Of a stretch of 64,000 nucleotides of DNA, positions 37,568 through 46,419 are shown piece by piece; positions within the stretch are counted from its first letter, which is position 1; every line of letters begins with the position of its first letter. Origin of the DNA: a virus (lineage: Duplodnaviria; Caudoviricetes); the IMG/VR virus record IMGVR_UViG_3300024229_000651; one strand, 5' to 3'. Under the pieces are notes generated by a model. It was not told the origin of the DNA, did not search any database, and was given only the letters and a program-made list of their open reading frames with translations. A program made the position numbers and the translations under genes.

Positions 37568-38597
37568 CGATAAGTTCTACTTTGGAACAAAAAGGATACT
37601 GTTGTAAGAAGTCTTTTAGGCTTTGGTATGTGTGGTTTAGTAGTTTTCCTACTGGTGCTCTGCCCAGTCTATGTTGAGGCTCATTAATATCGTAACCGTA
37701 CTTGCTAACGCCTATGCTGTTCGCCCACCCTTTATATAAATCATACGTGCTTATAGGTGGATCAGGTCTGTCTAGTTTACTGGTGTAGTCCCACATGTCG
37801 TCAAAGTCGTGTGGCTTACCAAAGAACATTTCACTGCAAGCAAATGCAGTACTGCCGCTTATCACAGTTTGGCTTTTTACTTCCTGTTTGCGTATCAACT
37901 CAGCATCTTTTGTGGAGTATGCTGCTTGCATGTCTTTGCCAACAGTAAAGTAGTCACTGAACAAGTCCCCATTCAGCGTGTTCTGTGAGAAACATTTATA
38001 TATTTCGTCAGTGCATTCAGGGAATAGATGCCTTACATGATCACTGCTGTGACGTATCACTGTGAAGCAGTCAGCCATCCATCGCTTACTGTCCACAGTC
38101 TTTTCTAGTTCGTGCACCAACTTGTTCAATCTTTCTAACACTATGAACAGTTGAGGCTCTGCGGTGAGTTGGACATGGTTGTCTTCTAGCACACTCTCAA
38201 ATGCAAAGTGTATTCTGTTCAGTCGATTAAGAAACTCCTCTGCAGATAGTTCATAATTCACTTTGTAACTGTCATCGAAGTCAATATAATTGTGTTCAAC
38301 ACACCAGTCCATATCACTGTGTAGTTGCTGTATATATTCTAATGCAGCATCGTCAGTTTTATAAACATTCTGATAATGATTCCAGCTGACCCAGCGTTTT
38401 GGGCTAGTGTTACTTTCGTCGCAATCATCCACAGCAAAAATCATTTGTGTGCTTTCCACAAATGCTTTGCCTGCAGCGCTGTTGATTATTTCCCATTCTA
38501 GATAAGTGTTGCTGATCCTTTCTTGCACAAAAGTGTTTGTGCCAGTGTGGTCAGTTTCGCCTATGGGGTCTGCACTAAAATAAACTCTGTACTTCAT
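37560..38597 (-). CDS. Hypothetical protein, paralog of 2089..3039
   Basis: DHTGTNT, DLFSDYFTVGKD, YGYDINEPQHRLGR. Confidence 0.75.
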   Translation of the reverse strand: MKYRVYFSADPIGETDHTGTNTFVQERISNTYLEWEIINSAAGKAFVESTQMIFAVDDCDESNTSPKRWVSWNHYQNVYKTDDAALEYIQQLHSDMDWCVEHNYIDFDDSYKVNYELSAEEFLNRLNRIHFAFESVLEDNHVQLTAEPQLFIVLERLNKLVHELEKTVDSKRWMADCFTVIRHSSDHVRHLFPECTDEIYKCFSQNTLNGDLFSDYFTVGKDMQAAYSTKDAELIRKQEVKSQTVISGSTAFACSEMFFGKPHDFDDMWDYTSKLDRPDPPISTYDLYKGWANSIGVSKYGYDINEPQHRLGRAPVGKLLNHTYQSLKDFLQQYPFCSKVELIDE

Positions 38598-38603
38598 GTA
38601 CAG

Positions 38604-38611
38604 TATTTATC
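38604..38611 (-). promoter_or_regulatory. T4-late-like promoter GATAAATA
   Basis: Intergenic, 7 nt upstream of 37560..38597. Confidence 0.6.
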
Positions 38612-38615
38612 GGTG

Positions 38616-38792
38616 TTATTTGTTTAGTACGACAGTAACTGAATTGGGTTCGTCTAAGAGAGGTTCACCGGTCTTATAAAGGAAGTCAAACATGGATGAT
38701 GCTCCATGTCTGACCCCTATTTTAAAACTAGTATAACCAGCTCCAACAATTACCATACTTAAAATTATAAAATGATATATGTTGTATTCCAT
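38616..38792 (-). CDS. Small membrane protein (58 aa, below ORF-track cutoff)
   Basis: Hand translation MEYNIYHFIILSMVIVGAGYTSFKIGVRHG...VLNK; fills the intergenic gap. Confidence 0.6.
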   Translation of the reverse strand: MEYNIYHFIILSMVIVGAGYTSFKIGVRHGASSMFDFLYKTGEPLLDEPNSVTVVLNK

Positions 38793-38805
38793 TGTTAATT
38801 ACCTA

Positions 38806-40920
38806 TTAATAACTAAGTTCGTCTAAGTCATATCCTAGTGAATTTAAGCCTGCAATGATTTGATTTGCATAAAATGTTGCATTGCCTGCCGCCTGTACAT
38901 CGTTAATTAAGAATGTTTGAGCTTCATTGAAATCACTCAATCCTGCTGTACCTGAATAGCTACCAGTACCATTGTATACAGCTTGAGTCATTTGCTTAAA
39001 GCCTGAGAAGGAGTTTGGTCCAGTGTTAATCTGGAACAAGATTGATCTATAATAGTCAGTACCTTCTGCGCTGTTTGATGTTGAAACTGCACTTCTTAAT
39101 GCTGAAATATCACCAGACAACGTACCGTTTGGCGTTGCTGGGTAACTGCCAACAGCCGCATACGGTGAGTTCTCATCTGCAAACACCAAGTTAATAACTC
39201 TAGTTGCATTTGCACTGCCCATTGTGGCTAATTGATCAAACACTCTTTCTGTGCTTATTGATGTAATAGTTACCGCTGCATTGTATGCTGCGCTGTCGTT
39301 ATCATAGAACGGCTCTAGTGCTGTTCTCAACACACCATCTCTCATTGTTTCTAATGGACTTAGTGTGCTGTCCATGCTACCACTGCTGTCAAAGAAGATA
39401 TTGATTTCTGTCGTCTCGTCAATCTCTTGTGTGGTTGGAGCATATGTTGTGCTGTAGTCGAAGAAGTATATAGCACTGTCATCATCAAAGTTATAGATAC
39501 CTGGTGTAAAGTCTTTTTGGTACACCTCTACATTACCTGATGTTTGGTTAGTTAATATGTTTGCAGACCCGTCCTTCAATGTCCAACCTGTTGTGCTAAC
39601 TGCGTTCCACTCGTCGTTTCTGACCATGTATACAGTTGTAGCAGGAATATTCCAGCTTACTGTACCGTTGTTAATATCAGTAACCATAGGATTGCCGTCT
39701 AAGTAACTAGGTAAGTTCTGTAGTTCTACATAGCTGCTACCGCTTGACGTAATTGCTGTGCCGTTACTTGACGATACAATAGTGTTATTACTTGTGCCGC
39801 TAATAACAGGATCTGGTGCAACGTATGTGCCAATGCCACCTATTCCAGTTATGCCACCGCCCATAGAAACATATGTCTTAGAAGCAGCTGCCTCTAACAG
39901 TACAGTACATGTGATTGTAGCAGTACCCGAAGTTGCTCCATCAGCATTAACATACGCAGTTACATTCGATGCTTCTTCATATATCTTTCTGTATTCACTT
40001 GAAAACTTGTCCGACTGAGTTAGGTCTGCTTCACTTGCACCAAACAGATTGTCTGTGGAAGCGGAACTACTACTTCGTTTTTGTACTGAAAGATTTGAAA
40101 ATTCTGTTGTACCGTGCGGTCCTACTCTCATTACAAGTGCTAATTTACTCGCGCCTGAAGCAATAGTAGTGTTTGTTGAATATGACCCTGTGTTCGGATA
40201 ACTGATTGATGTCGGAGTTAAACCGTTTTGCGGATGCACACTTAGTTGTACTATTTGAAGTATTGGATCCACTTGCCCAGTATGAGTGCTGGCAGTGCCA
40301 ACCTCATCTATATCTACTGAAATATCATATATGTCTCCTGCAGAGACATCGAACATTGTACCGTATACGTTTGCGTTACCAAAGTAATCAGCGGCTATGT
40401 TAGCATGTCCTACTACAAACTTGCCTGTAGTTGGTTCTGTTATACCGTAACTACCATAGTAACTGATGTTTCCTGTGGCAGCACTGGAGTTAGTCCAGTC
40501 ACTTAAACTTACATTGGCACCGATATCTGGATTGGAGTTCGCACTCCCGGATCCGTCTCCGATACTTATGCTGGTGCTGTTTGTTGCATTGACCCACGAG
40601 CTTGGTATGTCTACTGTAATGGAATAGATCATACTGTTAGCTGGCGCCTCAAATAATGCTACGTTACCATCGGTATATGATACTTCAGTAGTCACAATGT
40701 TTAAAACACCTTCGCCGTATGTATAGTCCAATTGGGCTTTAGTGATTAAGGAGTCAGCCACGGTTGCATTAGCACCATGAACTTGCACTTCCGTATATCC
40801 ATTGTATGTAGCAACACGGAAATTACCGTCTTGGTGTTCGGCTTCTAGTCTGGGGCCTTTCTTACCAAAGCCAACTAGCTTTCCTAAACCTTTTTGTGCA
40901 AAGTTGAATATGTCTGCCAT
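38806..40920 (-). CDS. Probable virion structural/adhesin protein with C-terminal vWA-like domain
   Basis: Rich in Ser/Thr/Gly/Asn; IFFDSSGSM (MIDAS DxSxS); late promoter upstream. Confidence 0.55.
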   Translation of the reverse strand: MADIFNFAQKGLGKLVGFGKKGPRLEAEHQDGNFRVATYNGYTEVQVHGANATVADSLITKAQLDYTYGEGVLNIVTTEVSYTDGNVALFEAPANSMIYSITVDIPSSWVNATNSTSISIGDGSGSANSNPDIGANVSLSDWTNSSAATGNISYYGSYGITEPTTGKFVVGHANIAADYFGNANVYGTMFDVSAGDIYDISVDIDEVGTASTHTGQVDPILQIVQLSVHPQNGLTPTSISYPNTGSYSTNTTIASGASKLALVMRVGPHGTTEFSNLSVQKRSSSSASTDNLFGASEADLTQSDKFSSEYRKIYEEASNVTAYVNADGATSGTATITCTVLLEAAASKTYVSMGGGITGIGGIGTYVAPDPVISGTSNNTIVSSSNGTAITSSGSSYVELQNLPSYLDGNPMVTDINNGTVSWNIPATTVYMVRNDEWNAVSTTGWTLKDGSANILTNQTSGNVEVYQKDFTPGIYNFDDDSAIYFFDYSTTYAPTTQEIDETTEINIFFDSSGSMDSTLSPLETMRDGVLRTALEPFYDNDSAAYNAAVTITSISTERVFDQLATMGSANATRVINLVFADENSPYAAVGSYPATPNGTLSGDISALRSAVSTSNSAEGTDYYRSILFQINTGPNSFSGFKQMTQAVYNGTGSYSGTAGLSDFNEAQTFLINDVQAAGNATFYANQIIAGLNSLGYDLDELSY

Positions 40921-40957
40921 GTTATTAAGTTCCTATTAGGGTTAGTTATATAACATG

Positions 40958-40965
40958 TATTTATC
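40958..40965 (-). promoter_or_regulatory. T4-late-like promoter GATAAATA
   Basis: Intergenic, 38 nt upstream of 38806..40920. Confidence 0.6.
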
Positions 40966-41004
40966 TTGTTTTGGATAATGTCCAGGGGTTACCAATCGGA
41001 AAAA

Positions 41005-41190
41005 CTAGGACCGATTTCGCTTGGGTAACACTTTGCCCACTGTTTGCTCAAATGCTGTCCCGGCTGCTTTTGTGAGCGCATCAATGTAAGCAGTATAGAG
41101 TGTAGAAGCAAACTCTTTTTGTTTATCTGAGGGTATAAACAAGTCCTGTGCTTCATCGGGACTTAGCTCTAACTCAACTTTAATTTTCAT
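41005..41190 (-). CDS. Small hypothetical protein
   Basis: MKIKVELELSPDEAQ start follows SD GGAG; the ORF track starts at 41238. Confidence 0.55.
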   Translation of the reverse strand: MKIKVELELSPDEAQDLFIPSDKQKEFASTLYTAYIDALTKAAGTAFEQTVGKVLPKRNRS

Positions 41191-41341
41191 TTGAATCTCC
41201 CTCAGAATCTTTAAGTAAGTCCCAGTATGCCTGTTCATTGTCCCAATGACTTCTGCTTTTAATCATGTGGGGGTGTTGGATACGTTCTTTGCGTTCACGT
41301 TCCTTCTTCTTATCTTCAGTGTCGTCCCACTCGTTTTTCAT
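41180..41341 (-). CDS. Small charged hypothetical protein
   Basis: MKNEWDDTEDKKKERE...; the ORF track starts at 41386. Confidence 0.45.
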   Translation of the reverse strand: MKNEWDDTEDKKKERERKERIQHPHMIKSRSHWDNEQAYWDLLKDSEGDSNEN

Positions 41342-41357
41342 AGCATCAACCCTGATC

Positions 41358-41567
41358 TTAGTATGATGTGGGAGGCTGTGCAACAAAGTCCAAGCCTACT
41401 CTACTAGCTCTAAACTCTTGCAGTTTGCTATCCCATTGCATGTTGAGGTCCATGCCTCCCATGTCCACAGTCATGTACTGACCTGAAGCATAAGCCTTAA
41501 CCTCACCTTCCACGACTCTTCCATTATCTTCGCAAAGAATCTCAACTGGCTTATAGTAACCTATCAT
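41358..41567 (-). CDS. Small hypothetical protein
   Basis: ATGA overlap with the ligase stop. Confidence 0.6.
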   Translation of the reverse strand: MIGYYKPVEILCEDNGRVVEGEVKAYASGQYMTVDMGGMDLNMQWDSKLQEFRASRVGLDFVAQPPTSY

Positions 41568-42832
41568 AGTTTTTCTCCTGGCACAAAGCCTCTAAATGTT
41601 TTAAAACGTGGGAATCTTAAACTGTATGCTGAGTTGTCTTGACTGATTGTAACAGCATCAGCTCGTATTTCAACTAATTGTCCGATAGCAGAATCTTTCA
41701 CAGCCCATACATCTTTACGCATGTCATCGGTAAGCCCACTGCCCACGTTAAGGTGAAAGAACTTTCCGTCGTCTTCACCTTCAACAACCAACGCACCTAA
41801 CATGTCAGCATTCTTACCAGTACCTTCTTCTACACCCACTACTTCGAGTGTTACCTCAATGAAGGGCTTGATCTTCAACCATGCATGACTTCGCTTGCAA
41901 TGGTACAAAGCATCCACAGGCTTTACCATAAGACCCTCGTAACCTTCGTCTAACGCACGTTTATTCATATCAGCAAATTGTGTACGTCCGTTGTCTGTGT
42001 CTAAGTCTACAAGAGTGGCATCCACTACACGGATTGTATCGTCGAGCAACTCTGTTAATGCTTCTAGTCTGTGCCTACGAATACCTGCATTCTCTTTGCT
42101 TACGCCTGCATGGAATTCGTCAATACTGATAAAGTCAAACAGTGCTAAGTATGCATCTTGTGTTTGAGCACCTTCCTTCCTATGCACCTGTTTCATAAGG
42201 GCCTGGAAGTTCTCGCTCATTACTTCTCCGTCGAAAACAATACCATTGAACTCTGTCTTGCTAAGGGCCTCTTCAATATGTGGGAAGTTGGAAAGTAGTT
42301 TCCCGTTGCGGCTATATAGTGTTGCGCAGCCATTTTGCACAATAGCAATAACACGCACACCATCATACTTGTATTCAACGAAGCATTTTCCTGCAATCTT
42401 CTTTTCATGTTTAGCTCCATCGTGCGCTAACATACAACCGAACAATGGAATAGTGTCCTTTTGTACTTTGTTAAACAGTTTAGCACCAGTACCACAGCGT
42501 AGGTCTTTGATAAGAATTCTACGATACCAATCGTTCCATTGTTCGATTGTGCTGTTGTCTGCCATTGTTTGAATAGCATCTCTTGCGGCATATCCTGTGA
42601 GCTCTCTTTTAACTAACTCATCAGCTAACGATTTGAAGTCGTCCCAACTAACCCCAGGACCTATAGTGTCTGTGGTAGGCACTTGTTTTACACCAAACGT
42701 TACAAGCGGATCGATGCACATAGTAGCACCTTCGATAAACTCAGCATTGTCGATGTTGTCTTTGAGTATTACTTGCTTTGCTAGAATGCTATTGTCTGCC
42801 TCTAGTGCCTGTATGATATTCCACGGATTCAT
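41564..42832 (-). CDS. lig: ATP-dependent DNA ligase
   Basis: EYKYDGVR (motif I KxDG), FDGE, FD, EGLMVK, WLKIK, VGSG, SLRFPRF. Confidence 0.95.
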   Translation of the reverse strand: MNPWNIIQALEADNSILAKQVILKDNIDNAEFIEGATMCIDPLVTFGVKQVPTTDTIGPGVSWDDFKSLADELVKRELTGYAARDAIQTMADNSTIEQWNDWYRRILIKDLRCGTGAKLFNKVQKDTIPLFGCMLAHDGAKHEKKIAGKCFVEYKYDGVRVIAIVQNGCATLYSRNGKLLSNFPHIEEALSKTEFNGIVFDGEVMSENFQALMKQVHRKEGAQTQDAYLALFDFISIDEFHAGVSKENAGIRRHRLEALTELLDDTIRVVDATLVDLDTDNGRTQFADMNKRALDEGYEGLMVKPVDALYHCKRSHAWLKIKPFIEVTLEVVGVEEGTGKNADMLGALVVEGEDDGKFFHLNVGSGLTDDMRKDVWAVKDSAIGQLVEIRADAVTISQDNSAYSLRFPRFKTFRGFVPGEKL

Positions 42833-43335
42833 TAAATGTTGCTCCAGCTGATAGTAGGACGAGTATCGCCCTTACCGTTCCAATCGATAGTGCAACCACA
42901 TTCCTCAATAATAGGAAGAATTGCTTTTAAATTCTTTACACCTGTCTTGTCACCATTAAAGCAGAATGTGCTGTCGTGCTGTGCTTCAGGAGTAAGGCAA
43001 GTAAACCCACCCACACTGTGGTCCAAGTCACGTTCGTCACCATCGTAACCTTCCATGTAGTAACCTTCACCATCGCACCGTTCGCATTCGAACCACTCAC
43101 CGGCTTCGTCTTCTTCGCCCATTTCGCCATGGCAACCCATGCAAGTTTCTTCTTCTAACTCTGCCTCACAATCCTGGCTGTGGTTAAACAACACCTTATC
43201 TAAATTAATTTCAGTGCCGTCTTCAAACTCGTCAGGTAATTCGTTCCATGCACAACTTTGGCAACAAGGCATGTTCCAGCCCACAAACCAACCTTCTTCA
43301 CGCAGGCGCTCCTGCATCTTTCTAAACCCGTTCAT
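42832..43335 (-). CDS. Cys-rich hypothetical protein with DnaJ-type CxxCxG Zn-finger insert
   Basis: CCQSCAW; CMGCHG...CERCDGEG. Start moved to MNGFRK. Confidence 0.6.
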   Translation of the reverse strand: MNGFRKMQERLREEGWFVGWNMPCCQSCAWNELPDEFEDGTEINLDKVLFNHSQDCEAELEEETCMGCHGEMGEEDEAGEWFECERCDGEGYYMEGYDGDERDLDHSVGGFTCLTPEAQHDSTFCFNGDKTGVKNLKAILPIIEECGCTIDWNGKGDTRPTISWSNI

Positions 43336-43702
43336 TGCGATACTCCAACTCGTTCTGCATAGCAGTTTTGATTGCTTCGTTGATACTTGATACATTTTCC
43401 AATACTGCCTGAATATGATCGGTATCCATATCGCACAATCTTTTGTAAGTTAAAGGTTGATCACCTTTAATACCATACGTACCCCAAACACATTCCTCAC
43501 GTACTAGATCATGCGGATCATCTAGTGTGACAGTTATGTATTCTTCGTCACCATTAGCACTACAACGAATGTATTGAAGACCGCCGTCTATCATATACTC
43601 TTTGCCATTTGCATCCACGTGAGTAACATAGTCGTGCACATGTCGGCTACGAATAATTGTACCGTCAGGTGTTTTTAATGCGTTAGAAATTAAGTTGTTC
43701 AT
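43322..43702 (-). CDS. Hypothetical phage protein
   Basis: SRHVHDY...MIDGGLQYIR, WGTYG. Start moved to MNNLIS. Confidence 0.65.
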   Translation of the reverse strand: MNNLISNALKTPDGTIIRSRHVHDYVTHVDANGKEYMIDGGLQYIRCSANGDEEYITVTLDDPHDLVREECVWGTYGIKGDQPLTYKRLCDMDTDHIQAVLENVSSINEAIKTAMQNELEYRNERV

Positions 43703-43710
43703 AGTATCAA

Positions 43711-43929
43711 TCACCACCCTGATGTCCAATGCTTATATTCTTCCTTACAATGAAACGCACCACATATACATTCGCCTGGTTGCAGTTCTTCATTAGGATC
43801 AATGTGTCCTGCAGGATCGTCATTGAAAAATGACCAAGCAAACTCTTCTGCTTGATCATCTGACATACCCAGTGCAATCGCTTGCTCAAACTTGTCTTCG
43901 AGCAAAGTTTCGTTGTAGTGGTTGCTCAT
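43711..43929 (-). CDS. Small hypothetical protein
   Basis: In the co-oriented early gene run; CICG..C..EY.HWTSG. Confidence 0.55.
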   Translation of the reverse strand: MSNHYNETLLEDKFEQAIALGMSDDQAEEFAWSFFNDDPAGHIDPNEELQPGECICGAFHCKEEYKHWTSGW

Positions 43930-43932
43930 CGC

Positions 43933-44277
43933 CTACGCTCCAGTGTGAGCGGCAATAGCAGCATGAACGGCCTCAACTGCCTGAGACTTAAAGCCTCCAA
44001 TATGCCAATTGTAGTCAGCACCACTTCGACTGCGCATGCCACCATCATAATCTTTCCAGTCGTAGACTGTAGCAAACACAGTTTCTACTTCGCCGAAGTC
44101 CTCAACTTCAAAACAAAGTTCCCACTCAGTGCTTACTTTTTCATCACCACTGGGAGTATCGTGATGAGGAGCACCAAAAACTTCAACTAGGGTGTCAAAG
44201 TCTACATCAATATACCCTTGTAGCGAAGACATGTTCTGGCGACCTTGGTCAACATTAAGAATTTTCATTACTAGCAT
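43933..44277 (-). CDS. Hypothetical phage protein
   Basis: SLQGYI...LVEVFG.P...TVYDWK...WHIGG. Confidence 0.65.
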   Translation of the reverse strand: MLVMKILNVDQGRQNMSSLQGYIDVDFDTLVEVFGAPHHDTPSGDEKVSTEWELCFEVEDFGEVETVFATVYDWKDYDGGMRSRSGADYNWHIGGFKSQAVEAVHAAIAAHTGA

Positions 44278-44510
44278 CCTCCATTTTCAAAATTTATAAC
44301 TTCGCGACCTTCTGCAAACAGCATCAGCTCTGTGGCCACTACACGAGCCTCGTCACGAGTGAGCTGAACCTTGTTAAACATTTCCCCAGTGAAGTCAACT
44401 GCTTCGACTTTACGCTGAGTGATTTGAATACAAGTACCGCGGTCGCCCCCACCAAAAAAACGTGTTTGACTGATATCTGTTGTGGGGACGTTGCGTAGAT
44501 CTGTTGACAT
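44271..44510 (-). CDS. Hypothetical early protein
   Basis: Directly downstream of P4. Confidence 0.65.
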   Translation of the reverse strand: MSTDLRNVPTTDISQTRFFGGGDRGTCIQITQRKVEAVDFTGEMFNKVQLTRDEARVVATELMLFAEGREVINFENGGC

Positions 44511-44542
44511 ATTTTCTGCTCTTTATTGTTTAATATGTATAT

Positions 44543-44571
44543 ATTATACCGGAAAAAGTGGCTAAAGTCAA
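44543..44571 (-). promoter_or_regulatory. Sigma70 early promoter P4
   Basis: TTGACT-N17-TATAAT. Confidence 0.85.
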
Positions 44572-44576
44572 CCTTT

Positions 44577-44984
44577 TTATGCCGACCAATATGACTCACT
44601 AAGTGGGCTCATGTAGTAAGGCTCGTTGATTGAAGCGGTGTGAGTGATCTCTTTGCCACTGCCAGGGCATATGCCTGTTGTGGTGATCATGGGTTCGATG
44701 AGAGCATACTCTTCTGAGTGCATTACACGATACCGAGCACGATCAGTGAGGTTACTCTTCTTTGCGTCACGAGCGGCGTTGTAGTTGCGAGCAGTGTAGT
44801 CCGGCTTACCTTGTGCTTCAACTTCAGCAACTTCGTCCAGTGCTTTTTGGTAGTACTTCACAGTGCGAGTGATACCAGCTTTGGCAGCACCTTCAGAAGC
44901 ATAACGATTTGATTCCCAACTTCTGCGTGAAGGCTCACGGTAAATTGAGTTGTTTTCAGTGTTAACGATTAAATATGAACCCAT
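44577..44984 (-). CDS. Hypothetical early protein
   Basis: Directly downstream of P5. Confidence 0.7.
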   Translation of the reverse strand: MGSYLIVNTENNSIYREPSRRSWESNRYASEGAAKAGITRTVKYYQKALDEVAEVEAQGKPDYTARNYNAARDAKKSNLTDRARYRVMHSEEYALIEPMITTTGICPGSGKEITHTASINEPYYMSPLSESYWSA

Positions 44985-45017
44985 CTTTTTCTACTCTCTT
45001 TTTTAAACTATGCATAT

Positions 45018-45046
45018 ATTATACCAGAAATACTGGCAGAAGTCAA
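45018..45046 (-). promoter_or_regulatory. Sigma70 early promoter P5
   Basis: TTGACT-N17-TATAAT. Confidence 0.85.
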
Positions 45047-45051
45047 CCTTT

Positions 45052-45339
45052 TTAGGCGTATGAATCGTTCTTTTTTAAGAACCAACGCTCTAAGATAGGA
45101 CCGCCTTCGTCCTCATCTACAATGATATAAGCCACGGTCTTCTTCACATTGGCAAATCGCCATCCGCTCATGCCAGCAATACCTTCGCCGCCAACCCATA
45201 CTTTATGTGGGTAGTTAAGGGCAAATCCAACAGGAGCACCTTCGTAAGTCTCGTCGTTGACACTGTACTCGAAGTAATTGCCTGTGTCCTTCTCAACGAA
45301 GCAACCGATTGGATCTTTGGTGTATGTGTAATATGCCAT
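45052..45339 (-). CDS. Hypothetical early protein
   Basis: Directly downstream of P6. Confidence 0.7.
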   Translation of the reverse strand: MAYYTYTKDPIGCFVEKDTGNYFEYSVNDETYEGAPVGFALNYPHKVWVGGEGIAGMSGWRFANVKKTVAYIIVDEDEGGPILERWFLKKNDSYA

Positions 45340-45371
45340 ATGCTCTGCCCTTTGCCCTAACTATGTATACT

Positions 45372-45399
45372 ATTATACTGGTTTTTGGGCAAAAGTCAA
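45372..45399 (-). promoter_or_regulatory. Sigma70 early promoter P6
   Basis: TTGACT-N16-TATAAT. Confidence 0.75.
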
Positions 45400-45427
45400 C
45401 CTTTTTGCCAGAAAAAATGGTAAGAAT

Positions 45428-45481
45428 TGTAAGTGCTTGTTTTTAATGAAGAAAAAATTCTAATAAAAACAAGCACTTACA
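45428..45481. repeat. 18-bp perfect inverted repeat with 18-nt spacer
   Basis: TGTAAGTGCTTGTTTTTA (45428-45445) / TAAAAACAAGCACTTACA (45464-45481). Confidence 0.9.
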
Positions 45482-45500
45482 CACTTTGCTACAATCAGTC

Positions 45501-45522
45501 AAAAAAAAGCCCCCGAAGGGGC
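45501..45522 (-). terminator. Rho-independent terminator with UUCG loop
   Basis: GCCCC-TTCG-GGGGC-TTTTTTTT on the - strand, just after the 45529 stop. Confidence 0.9.
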
Positions 45523-45528
45523 AGTAGG

Positions 45529-45807
45529 TTAAAAATCACAGATCTTGTTTGCCAGCTCGTTACGGGCATCCCTTTCTGCCAGCTGTCGGTTAGCATATAA
45601 CCTTGCTTCAAATTCAGAACGTCCCATCTTTAAAGCAGCTTCAGTGTGGCTTTTGAGGAATCGTTCTCGTTCATTGTGGTAATCCTGTTCCATTTCATCC
45701 AGCAAATCGTCTAGGTTGCTTATCATGTTGTCAAATGCAGCATCGCTCTCATAGTATGCTTGATCACGTTGTGCTTTACGTGCGGTGAAATCAATTACAT
45801 TACTCAT
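45529..45807 (-). CDS. Hypothetical protein
   Basis: MSNVIDFTARK start after SD TAAGGAG; the ORF track starts at 45909. Confidence 0.65.
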   Translation of the reverse strand: MSNVIDFTARKAQRDQAYYESDAAFDNMISNLDDLLDEMEQDYHNERERFLKSHTEAALKMGRSEFEARLYANRQLAERDARNELANKICDF

Positions 45808-45817
45808 GTTATGCTCC

Positions 45818-46159
45818 TTATGCTGCAATCGCTGATTTTTTGATACTGTAAATAATGCCCTGCTTGCTGGCTTTGCGCTGCCATCCCTGACTTTCCAGAT
45901 AATCCACATAGTCAGTGTATTTGGCTACGTCCTGGATGTTACGGTTAAACACTTTGATACTTGCAAGCGTTTTACGGTAATTAAGTTTGGTTTCGCTATC
46001 AAAGTGCAACATGCTTAATACTTGCTCTGCACGTTCTAGTCTTAGTTGCAATTCTGCACTAAAGTGCGTTTTGTTTGCAGCGTTAGTGGTCTCTGCATTA
46101 AGTGCTGCAAAGTATTTTTGTTGAGCTGTTTCTGCTTCTACTGTGTTGATAAATTTCAT
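45818..46159 (-). CDS. Hypothetical protein
   Basis: SD AGGAG; downstream of promoter P7. Confidence 0.65.
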   Translation of the reverse strand: MKFINTVEAETAQQKYFAALNAETTNAANKTHFSAELQLRLERAEQVLSMLHFDSETKLNYRKTLASIKVFNRNIQDVAKYTDYVDYLESQGWQRKASKQGIIYSIKKSAIAA

Positions 46160-46375
46160 ATATTTTCTCCTGGCCTATTTCTGAGGCGGATTGTTTAAAA
46201 TTAATGTTTTAGGTTTGTGGATTGCGTTTTTAGTTATGTGTGTATACTAGCATGCATTTTGTAAGTGCAATACTTGCTACACAAAACAGTGTTGGTTGCT
46301 AGCCTTCTGTGTGCTAGTCGTTTGCCCTCTACTGTGCCCTAGCTTTAGGTTCTAGGTAACCTTATTACAGTGTTT

Positions 46376-46404
46376 ATAATAGCAAAAGACACTAGATAAG
46401 TCAA
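46376..46404 (-). promoter_or_regulatory. Sigma70 promoter P7
   Basis: TTGACT-N17-TATTAT. Confidence 0.6.
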
Positions 46405-46419
46405 ATTTATGATGTGTTG

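Noticed and set aside
38612-38805. tRNA or ncRNA in the apparent gap
   Set aside because: The gap is filled by a 58-aa membrane ORF on the - strand, and no cloverleaf or T-loop motif is present.
32990-45410. CRISPR array from recurring AGTCAACCTTTTT
   Set aside because: The copies are the -35 boxes of promoters, separated by whole ORFs at irregular spacing. There are no cas genes.
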